Source: Pavona decussata
Taxonomy: Eukaryota
Assembly: GCA_977016875.1 (NCBI GenBank)
Contig: CDRNST010000080.1
Location: 2,790,001 to 2,854,000 of the forward strand
Length of the DNA: 64,000 bases
Direction of reading: 5' to 3'
Every line of letters starts with the position of its first letter. Position 1 is the stretch's first letter. A model generated the notes under the pieces. The model saw nothing but the letters and a program-made list of their open reading frames with translations. It had not been told where the DNA came from and ran no database searches. Shown here piece after piece: positions 36,863 through 48,100 of this stretch. The position numbers were made by a program, and so were the translations under genes.

Positions 36863-39800
36863 GTAAGCTTATCAAATGCGTTTATAAAAGCTGTTTTAGG
36901 TCAAATACTTGTGCTCGTATTCTGCATTTTACACTGATTTTGAGGTGAATGCGTTTCAAAATGTCCCTTAGAACGTTACCAAGTGGGAGAGCTAATTGTG
37001 GGTTGTTGAATCTTCATTGTGGGTAACCCATGTCCTGGTAAGGCTGTAGTAAATGTCTGAAGGATAAAATTTTACAATAGACGTGGGCTTTAGTGATTGT
37101 TTGATGTGTTTTCAAGGATTCTTTTCTGATTTCCTTCACGCAAAACTTCCATAGTTTCCGGCGCCGGCCGAAACGTAAGCTTACAAGGTTTCATCTTTCA
37201 AAAGTTATCGAAACGCAAAACCTGCATCGGAAACCGGAATGTCTAATTGTGTCTTTCACAGAGTCATTTGTATTTTTTAGTTCTTCGCTACGTAGTTAGG
37301 ATGCCTAATGTTATTACATTCTAAGATCAAGAATGTGTTTATTTTTGCGCGATTCAATCAATGCAGATTGCGGAGGCGAAGGTCAATTTTTTGTATTGGT
37401 AATTGTGAATGATTGCTCGAGGTCGATTCATCATTCATCGCCGCAGCCGATTTATTATTATTTTTTTTTTGCCGCTTAGATAGTTTCTAGAGCGATGATA
37501 TTGGCCTATTTTGTTTCTTTAATTTTGCCATATTGGCTGCATTGTGCAAAGATAATTTTGCTATCTCATTTAGATGCTTCAAAGAAACGGTTGTTACTAG
37601 ATAACAATGGAAGTCATTCGCCGGGCTTAAAGGACGAAGGAATGTTTTGCAGGAAATCACTTTAGCTTAAAAAGTTTGTTGGCGGATGCCACAGAGATAT
37701 AAGCTCACGATTTTTTAAGTACATATGTCGTCTTTGCGGCTTTTGTATTGAGAAGGTAGTTTGCTTTGGCATCTAAAGGCGTAAAATACCACTTATTTTA
37801 GTATCACTCAATACTTGTTATTCACGTGCCAGGATTTCTGTTATCACTATTCTGCTGTGAAGGACGAATGGGGGTTTATATAATTCAGAATATTTCAGGA
37901 GTGCATGTGAATATCATATGTGCTCTTAAAATAGTTATATGCTCAATACAGGTATATACAGGTTTTGGTAGATGGGTAGAGACCTTTCTAATTTTCCGAG
38001 TTGCCATTTAATTTGTGAATTTTATTAATGCTTGATAAGGATAAACCTGAAAAAACGTTTTGATTATACAAGTGCATGCCAGTTTAAAGCAGTATGACTT
38101 CTGGTAACAATGGACGAGAATTCTTGCAATGTGATAGTCTAATTCCTCGGTCAAAAGGGTACATGTATGTACGTCAACTGATTCACGTAGTACATGTTTA
38201 TCACTGCATTTGGTGTGGATATAACAGCAGGTTGTTTGATCCCAAGACAGTTGACCTCTAAAATCTATGTTACATCAGTTTATCTATGTGTATGTATGGA
38301 TGTGATGGTACATTACATAAATTATGTGTCTTCTAGTATAATTTGGCCATTTTGGATCATTAGTACGAGAACAGAAAAGCAGCCTGGTATACAGATGAAG
38401 GACTTCAAATATAGGGCATATTGTGATAGTTCATTATCGGTACATCTTAAAACAATCTTGCTACTGGCAACCGACTGTTGTGGCTGGCAACTGCGTTGAA
38501 GATGATCAGCTACTGAGAGTGTGACAGCAATATTAATTAATGACAACAGTGCTGTTGGACTTTCTTTAGTTTATCCTAGGCTACTTTTTTTCTGGAAGAA
38601 AAAATTTTTTGTTGATCTTTCAAAACCTTTAATGATGGCTTAATCAGTTCCCAGAGCCTCTTTGCAAATGGTCTGCAACAGAAAGGACTGGAGGCTCTGG
38701 AAACACGACTTCCATGGACTTGTAATTTTCAAGTTGTACACGCATACAAACTCAATCTTTTACCTTGTAAATTAGATCCCGATCTAATGACAGCTCCCTG
38801 AATCAGTCAGGGCTTGGCATTGAAGTTAGAAGAAGCTGGCTTGTATAACATGATGTAATTTCACAGTGTGTTGGTCAGGAACTTACATGTATGAAATAAC
38901 AACTTAAAGGGCATTTTTTCGTCATTTTTAAACTTTGAATTTGCGACTTGTTGGTTACTTATTAAATATAGCAACCCTGCTTATTTCCACAGCTCATATA
39001 TTAAGAGCCAAGTGTTGGCCAAATTCACGAGGCCTATCAAACTAGTTTACCCAGGTTCACTATCTCCTTAATAAAAGTAATTTCCTTTCATTTTATTTAA
39101 TTTATAATATTAAAGGGATGATTTAACTACATTGCCAGTCTGCTCTTACAAAAGTTTATTAATAGCTTTAATTGAAAAAATCTTTTCATACATGTATTGG
39201 ACATTCTCATGTAGTGTCTATTGCACATAGTGTTTTTTCTTTCTTGAAAACTCTAACCTTGAGATCTGTACATCTTGGTTGTTTATTGGTATCAATTACA
39301 TTCTATCCTTGGCTGTAATAGTCCATAATTTGGCAGCAACAGTATACTCAATAAATAGAAGGAGGTTCTGTCAAGGCAGATATTGATCTTGTCAGTTGAC
39401 AATATTAGCATGGGAAACAAGTTGTTTTAAGGGGTTTTGACTTGTCAGTGTCCTTTTGCTCAAAGAGTGTTAACAAGAACCTGAATGTGATTTTCTTCCT
39501 GAAATTTGTGAAATTCTTTGGGAAATGTGAAGCGAAGGATGTCTCGTTACAGGTGTGTACAAAACTGGTTTCCTTGTAGCATGTATGCATAATCATGTAC
39601 ATATAGCATCTTGTTGGTGTACAAAAAAGAAAGTGGGAGACAATATAAAACTGGGGTGCCATATTTACATCATCTTGCTTTTGAAAGATAAATTTGGTGG
39701 TATCTTTGATCATCTCTCAGCAGTCAAACTCTATTGTGTGCTTGAATTGACAAAGTGCTTGTTACTACATCTATTTAAAAATTTGGTAACGAAATAACTT

Positions 39801-41000
39801 GCAAATCTCTCCAGATTTATGTTAAGAAAAAATGTATTGAGTGGTTTAAAATTGTTGCCTGATCAATACACTACATGTACATATAAAAATATTGATGAGT
39901 TCATTCATTTGAATTTACTTGCATCAAACTTTAGTGTGTGCTTGAATTGACAAAGTGCTTGCTACTACAGCCTGAACATCAATTTCATTTAATTAGGAAA
40001 TGGTGCAAATTTCACCAGATTTGTGTTTAGAAAAAATGTGTTGACTTCTTTAAAATTAATCTGTTGCCCTATTAAATCAGTGCACTGTATTAACACACTG
40101 TGAAAATATACATGTAGATGAGTTCATTCATCCAATTTTACGTTCATCAAACCTTGGTGTGATTTTGAATCAACAATGGTGCAAATTTTTTCAGATGTTA
40201 TTTTGTCAAGAAAAAATGTGCAGAATGGTTTAAAATTAATTTGTTGTCAGGTGATCAGTACACTGTATAAAAATATTGATGAGTTCATTCATTTGAATTT
40301 ACTTGCATCAAACGTTAATGTGTGCTTGAATTAACAAAGTTCTTCCGGTTGCAGTACTATACGGTCCGTGCACACTTCGGCCAATCTAATTTTTGATTTT
40401 TCCAACCAAAACGGAAAAAGAAAAAATTACTTATCCTTATCATATTTACATATCTTAAAGTACAGAATAACATAGAAAAAACAGAAAATGGTCAGGAAAA
40501 TCGATCATTTTTCTAATTTTGACGTTAAATTTAAAAATACAAAAAATACTGTTGACGGCTAAAAACTATTTTGCTACTATTTTATTTTCTTGTTTTTGTT
40601 GGAAAAGTGAGAAAAATAAAGTAATCTCCGAGTCCTAGATCATTTTTCTATTTTTTCGTTTTTTTCACAAAAAACAGAAAAATGAAAAAAGGGTATTTAT
40701 TCACATCATTTTTTCATTTTTTCTATTTTGTTTAAAAAATGAAAAAATAGAAAAATGGCATAGATATCGTCCAATTTTCCATTATTCTATTTCCACATGA
40801 AAAATAGAAAAATGCCACAAGGATTTTGACCGAATTTTTTTTTTTCATTTTAATCGATCGTAAGTTTGAAATTGAAATATGATGGATGTTACTAAAACCA
40901 GGAACGGGAGCCAGGAGCCGGGAACGGGGAACGGGGAACGGGAGTCTGAGAACGAGTGTTCAGCGGTAATCCCTTTAAGAATTCAAAATAGGCTATTTAA

Positions 41001-43054
41001 GGCAATTAAAGAGCGCCTTTAAGGTTTATGTTAGATTTTTTGGCAGATATTCAGGGTTAAGTTTCATAACAGGAATTAACAGTGATTGTCAGTAAAAATC
41101 AAAGAAATCGTGGCCAGGGTCAAGAATTTCGCTCATACTTTGTCAGTTTGAAGGTCTAGGTAAGTAACGGAAGGATATACAGTTAAGCCTGGTTTACACT
41201 AGCGATATAACGACATAACGACATAAGCAAAACGACACAAAAAAGGTCATTATGTCGTTATTTTTGTAGTGTGAACATGTAGACATAATGACATAATAGC
41301 AACATAATGACATGGACATAACCACATATGGAAAAAAAATGATCTTTTCCTTGCACGTTCCTTCTGTCGTTATGGCTATGTCGTTATGATGTTATATTTC
41401 GGCTGAAATAAGCGTGATAATCAGTGACATAACGACATAACAAAGAACCAATCAGAGCGCCACAAGATTTGTCGAACCCAGTTTGCATTAGCACAATTTT
41501 TAATATGGCGGCTACTGTGGAGTTGACAGACATGACGTAGAGAATTTATTGGCCTTGGTGCGGCTCGTGTAGATGAAGAAAAACTTGCTGAAGCGGTTCG
41601 AACTTATCCAATATTGTATGATTATGATAAAAGCATAAAGGAATTTAAAGACCAAACGAAAAAAGAAAACGCGTGGAAGAAGGTTGCAGTCCTGAAATAC
41701 TGGACGCACCCACTCTTTTCTTCTAGCAATTTTTTTCACTCGGCGTCGTCGAAGAAAAAGAAACAAATCATCGCAAAGAAAACAAGCATTTCTTTCGCCA
41801 TATTTAAAGTATTCTGTTCACCTAACCTTATGTCTTTATGTCAGTGTTCACATTACCGACCTAAGCGATTATGTTGTTTAATATGTCATTATGTTGCTAG
41901 TGTGAACCAGGCTTTAGTTTTGAAAATCTAAGATAATCCAAACCCAGCGAGGAAAAAAGCTGACCGGTAGTGGCTCAAATGCTCTGATATTAAAAAAAAA
42001 AAAAAAAGTTCACTCATTGATGTTTAGGTTTGCGGTTTTAAATCGTTAGGATCTAGCAGCACTTTTGCACGAACGTCTATCAAAGTTCAATAAGATTACA
42101 ATTCAGCGGCTTTGAAATCTACGACTTTCGCGTATAAGAGAACGATGCAATATTTGCATTTCGCAGGAACAGTTACTTCCGATTTGCTATCGAAGGCTGA
42201 TAAAGTTTCTCATCCTTAATAAAATTTTAAAAATTTAATTTTTCCAGGCTTTATTAACCGGGGAATCTGGCACATCGTTAAGTAAGATATTTTAGAATAT
42301 GACTTATTTTAAATCAACGGATGTAAATATCAGTTTGGAAGCCAAGTCGCTCGTCTGTGTCGTGTGTAGGCTCGATTTCAGCCGTCTGCCGGGTCCTGTC
42401 TTTAGATTTCAAAGTCGCGGAAAATAATTTTATTGAACTTTGATCGGCGTTCGCGCAAAAGAGCTGCTTGATCCTTAAGATTTAAAACCGCAAACCTGAA
42501 AGTCAATGACTGAAATGTTCTTTGTTAAAATAGCGGAACATTTGAGCCACTACCGGTCAGCTTTTTACCTCTCTGAGTTTGGGCTATTTAGACTTTTGCG
42601 TAATTGAGAAAAGTGTGTCTACTTAATCCGAGCTCAGTTCGCTCACAAACGAGCAAAGATGAAAGTAATTGCTATGTTTTGACAAACGAAGAATCAATGT
42701 ATTCATTTATACCTAGGAAAGATTCGCAGCTATGTAAACGTCTGTGTAGCGAGAAGCTGAAAAGTGAAAATCTCGAGTTCTCGCGAGGTAAAATCCGAGC
42801 TTCCGTAGGGTGACCGTTTTTCGTGGTTTTCTGCCGTTATATAGAATATTAAAAAAAAAAAAAAGTAACTGTATATCTTTCAGTTACTTACCTAGGCCTT
42901 CAAACTGACAAAGTATGAGCGAAATCGATTTTTGACCGTAGCCACGATTTCTTTGATTTTTACTGACAATCACTGTTAATTTCGTTATGAAACTTAACCC
43001 TGAATATCTGCCAAAAAATCTAACTTAAACCTTAAAGGCGCTATTTAAGTTGCA
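41001..43054. mobile_element. Nested long-TIR element flanked by TTAA (Kolobok/piggyBac-like target)
   Basis: 41001-41185 pairs with 42866-43054, and 41922-42125 pairs with 42405-42598. Confidence 0.7.
41186..41913. mobile_element. Internally deleted PIF/Harbinger transposon with a MADF-domain remnant and the transposase N-terminus
   Basis: TTA|AGCCTGGTTTACACTAGC ... GCTAGTGTGAACCAGGCT|TTA; plus strand DEEKLAEAVRTYPILYD..KEFKDQTKKENAWKKVA (MADF/Myb-SANT); minus strand RRRRVKKIARRKEWVRPVF. Confidence 0.85.
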
Positions 43055-45117
43055 TTAAAGAGCAAATTCTTATAGGGATTACCGCTGTACACTCGTTCCC
43101 GGACACCTGTTCCCCGTTCTCCGTTCCCGGTTCCTGGTTCCCCGTTCCCCGTTCCCGGTTCCCGGTTCCCGTTCCTGGTTTCCGTTCCTGGTTTAAGTAA
43201 TATCCACCATACTGTCGATCGATTAAAATGAAAAAAAAAAAAAAAAAAAAAGTTCTTGTGACATTTTCCTATTTTTCATGTGGAAATAGAATAGTGGAAA
43301 ATTAATTAGACGATATCTATGCCATTTTTCTATTTTTTCATTTTTTGAACAAAATGAAAAAAATGAAAAAATGGTGTGAATAAATATCGTTTTTTCATTT
43401 TTCTGTTTTTCTATTTTTGGGGGAAAAACGGAAAAAATAGAAAAATTATCTAGGACTCGGAGATTACTTTATTTTTCTCACTTTTCAACAATAACAAAAA
43501 AAATAATAAAGAAGCAAAATAGTTTTTAGCCGTTAACAGTATTTTTTGTATTTTTGAATTTAACGTCAAAATTAGAAAATGGAAAAATGATCGATTTTCC
43601 TGACCATTTTCTGTTTTTTCTATGTTATTCTGTACTTTAAAATATGTAAATATGATAAGGATAAGTAATTTTTTCTTTTTCCGTTTTGGTTGGAAAAATC
43701 AAAAATTAGATTGGCCGAAGTGTGCACGGACCCTATACAACTATTTAATTTAATCTGGAAATGGTGTCTCCAGATTTATGTTAAGAAAAAAAAATTGTTT
43801 CAAGAGTGGTTTAAAATTAATTTGTTGCCCTTATCAGTGCACTGTACAATGTATACACATTGTAAAAAAAAATTATAATTACATAGATGAGTTTGACTCA
43901 TCCAAGTTTAGTGGCATCAAACTTTAGTGTGTGCTTGATTTGACAAATTGCTTGCTACTACAGTGTAGATCAATTTAACCTAATAACTAAAAGGAAATGG
44001 TGGAAATTTCTTCAGATATTTTGTTAAGAAAAATGTACAGAATGGTTTAAAATTAATTTGTTATCAATGTGCTGTACAAATATAGCTGAGTTCATTCATC
44101 TAAATTTTCTCACGTGATGTACAGTGTATTGCCACATGTCACCTGCCTGTACAGTGTATTTACCGCAAAGATCTGTAGAAATCAAGCCTTTCAACTTTCC
44201 AAGTTTGAAGTTTTTCACTACTGGACTGCCTCATTACTTGAGGTGTAACTCGTGTTTTACCATTCGCTTACAAGGAGTTCTAAAATATTTTTATATTTGT
44301 TTTCTCCTTTTTTAATTTATCCCACTGTTTTACTAAATGTTTAAGGAATACATGTACTTGTAATCTTTGCCCTTATACATGTACCAGCCCTAATGTACAA
44401 AACACCTGGAGTGGCTGTGTGACCTATGTACAATAAAGTAGAGAATGTGTACTTTGAGTTTACACCAAAAGTTATGAATTCATGATATGCATCTCGGTGT
44501 ACAGTTTGTATATGAGATTCGTTCTTTTCTGTGTAAAATGATTCCATTATCAAAAGACAGATCATAACCACAACACATTTTCTGTAGAATTATTGTTTGC
44601 AAAATCTGCAGATTAGAAGTTTTCCAGTTACCCATCTGGCTATTAATTAAAATTAAAACAGCTCAACAAGAACCCTGGCCAATTCTTACTAATTTAAGTG
44701 AACAATTTCCTGATAGAATGATTACACTGTTGTTGGACCTGATAGGTGAATGCCAGATTAGTGTCACCCACGTGCCTGATACTATATGATCGATTTTTAT
44801 GATTTTCTAGACTGTTTATTATCAGGATACGATACTTACATGGTGCCCATTTATTAGTTACAGTTGTACATTATTCAATTGTACAGTTGATTAAGTGTAC
44901 ACAATTGATCCCCTTTAAAAAAGAAAAAAAAAAGAAAATTGCATGACTTGTACACAGCTGCATAATTGATTATTGTAAACTTGTTCATTTGCATATTATA
45001 ACCTTACATTTGTGATCATGGTGTTGTGTTTTTGTTCTCTACAGGCAAAATTTTCTTTACGACTTTGTGTCAAGCATGTTCATTTGTGATGGATAGTAAA
45101 CCAGCAATAATATCACA

Positions 45118-48100
45118 ATGAAGGACAATTTAAAGTTGGAATGTAATGGAGGTTCAGAAGAAGAACGAAGCAGTTTGGAAGTGTTGGTCTCTCTGCCAGA
45201 TAGAAAAGTCAATGTAAGAAAATCACTAACTCTATCTTGTGCATATATGATGTTTAAATATTGTGTAGATTGAAAACAGCTAACAGTAGAATCATGACAC
45301 ATGTGCTACAACTGAAACTTTGTTTAAACCTGAATTCTCACTAAACCAAGCAAAGAGTCACTAGTTCTTTCCTTACTAACTTCTTTGATTTGGTACAAAG
45401 AACTTTGAACAGTCCATTTTGGCATTCAGTCAATGTTGTCTTTTCCACCTCAAAAAGCACTTAAAATAAGTGAATGTTACATGTATACAATGTACCTAGG
45501 CCTCTGGGCAAGCCTGACAGTTTCTTCATAATTAACATCATAATGCTTTGGCAAAATAATGTTCTCGTGACAGAATGCAATATTTAAGTTGACACATCAT
45601 TTAATAATATTTAATTTCTTTTCGATGACTACATGTATTCATGAAGTGTTCAATTCGTTATTATTGTTTTTTTTTTTAAATTTTTGCAGTCGTTTTAGGT
45701 TATCATTGTACAACCTTTAATACTGCATCTACATTCTGCATGCTTGTTTTAAAATGAAAATTAAACTTGCAATGTTCTTGCAGCTGTTTCTTGTTTTGAT
45801 TTTCTGAAAATGGTAAAATTTGTAATTAAGCATTGGACCCCTGTTGTGTGATCTATAATTATTAACTTTTTTAGGCTACCATATTTGTTAAGTATCATTC
45901 TGTGACCATTCACACAAAGAGATCTGTGTGTATTATGTGAGAGAAGTAAATTATTATGGGAAATCTTTACATGTATTTTTGTTGATTTCATTTGAATTGC
46001 GCTAATTTGTAACTTTTGAATAGAGATCAATAATTGGATGATTTTGATTTTTGCTCTAGCTTTTCCTTACCCTGCGAGCAGAGGTAGCTTTTTCTTGCTT
46101 TCATTAAATTTTAATTATAATATTATACCAAGTTTACTTTTATTTTGTTTATGAGTTGCATAAAATTAAGCCCACTAAGTGCTACAGTGATTGTTTTGTC
46201 TCATTTCTTCTCATATTTAAATTCAAGACAGGAGGTGTTTAAATAATTATAATAAGCGGATTATAATATATTCAGTGAATTTTAGTAGGTTACATGCAAT
46301 GTACTTTATAAGTCTTTTGTCGTTTAACCCCAGTAAAATCATGCATTCATGTAGTTTGTTGCAGGGGCATGATCTGGGAAGAAGGGGTATCGGGAAGGGG
46401 GACACTGTCTTCCACACACATAAAAAAAAGGATGGACGTGAAAAAAAAAAAAATTAAAACTACATGTAACAAATTTATACAAAAACAACTTTATGCACCA
46501 ACACAAATTGCTGGTACATTAATTTGAAAAAAAAATTGGGACCTGCAGGTAGTTTTTGAGAGCTATTTAAATAGGCTAAAAGAAGATATGTGTACCAGAA
46601 TCTCATTATTTTGTTTGCGTGGTTCATAAATGTATTAATTTTTATCTCTGAGCGTTACCAAATGCATTTGATTTATAAGTAATTCTTGTCATTTTTTGCA
46701 AGTAATACCAAAGAAGATGTATGTGCGGCCATGACTCTAACGAAGGCCACTAGTCTAATTACATGTAGTTTTAGCGGATCCTATTTACATGTAAAGCAGC
46801 ACCAATCTGCACATTTACCCCCTGGAACCATAACAATCACACGCCCTTTTCTGTATGGGAATACCCCCTGCTCCCAAACATGTAAACCTACTCGTACTTG
46901 AAGTACACTGTATGTGTAGTTGTCATCATGTCGTCATCTTTCAGCAGTTGTTCATCAGTGTTGTATTGTGCCTGTTTTTTTATCTCTAAGGTTGCATTGT
47001 TAAGCCCTCTTTTACCCATTTCAACCATGCATGCATGCATGTACAATGTACAGTGTGCATGTACCTGTTAACCTAATGAAGGAACATCTATCACACGTGT
47101 ATGTGCATGTAACCCCTAATGAGTTTGCAGCCCATTGGGGGAGGGGCAGGATACTGTACTTACATGTACAGTATTTCTCTACAGCTGTAGTTGTTTTTGT
47201 CTACATGTAGGTAATAAACAACTTTGACTCAAATGCAACTTAACTTGCCATTTGTTAAAATTTCAGAAACTTTATCATTTTGATGTTCATGACAAGGTGT
47301 GGAATGCCAAACTTCAAGTGATTAATAATGAGTTGAACAAGGTGAGAATCTGCTGCTCAATACAATGTAGTTCACTTAAACGCACGCCTGTAGGTACAGT
47401 CAGTTGAGCTACTGTGTGCATGCAGATGTTTAACTGTTCAGATGCCAATCATTGATATTAATTTACAGGGACTGTCACTTTCTTTGGATACAACTCTAAT
47501 CTTGTCTTGAAAATTTTGTCTGACAACTGAGCCTATAAGCTACATTGTAGAAGTGTAAAATAATTGGTATTAAAAGAGATTCAAAAGCTGGCCCTAGTTG
47601 TTCAAAGAGCAGACATTTTATTTGTAAATCCAGAGGATGAGTCACTATCCACTAGATAAAATGTATTAATTGGAGTACCCTTGTANNNNNNNNNNNNNNN
47701 NNNNNNNNNNNNNNNNNNNNNNNNNNNNNNNNNNNNNNNNNNNNNNNNNNNNNNNNNNNNNNNNNNNNNNNNNNNNNNNNNNNNNNNNNNNNNNNNNNNN
47801 NNNNNNNNNNNNNNNNNNNNTGACTTTTAGATATTTTTATATATTTTATATTTTTAGACTGACTTTTATATATTTTTATATTTTTTATATTTTTTCTATA
47901 TGTATGTATATTTTATTGATTTATTCACGTGCTATTTTAAGTTTCGCTTGGCTCACAGGTTACGCTATGCGCCCTGTGGTGCTTCTTATACTGTGCATAC
48001 AGATAGTTTTACTGCGCATAATAATAATGATAATAATAATAATAATGATAATAATAATAATAATAATAATGATAAATAAATATATAAATAAAAAAGAATA

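Larger units (their letters stand above)
40884..43205. mobile_element. Nested MITE with GGATGTTACTAAAACC TIRs and GGGAACG subterminal repeats
   Basis: Arms 40884-40985 and 43065-43205 are inverted copies. Confidence 0.75.
40362..43733. mobile_element. Non-autonomous DNA transposon with ~500 bp TIRs (TATA flanks), hosting three further nested TIR elements
   Basis: TATA|CGGTCCGTGCACACTTCGGCCAATC ... GATTGGCCGAAGTGTGCACGGACCC|TATA; arms 40362-40860 and 43216-43733. Confidence 0.88.
39724..44110. repeat. ~200 bp tandem repeat (~5 units) interrupted by the nested TIR complex
   Basis: Units start TCAAAC..TAGTGTGTGCTTGAATTGACAAAG at ~39724, 39924, 40147, 40308 and 43917. Confidence 0.85.
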
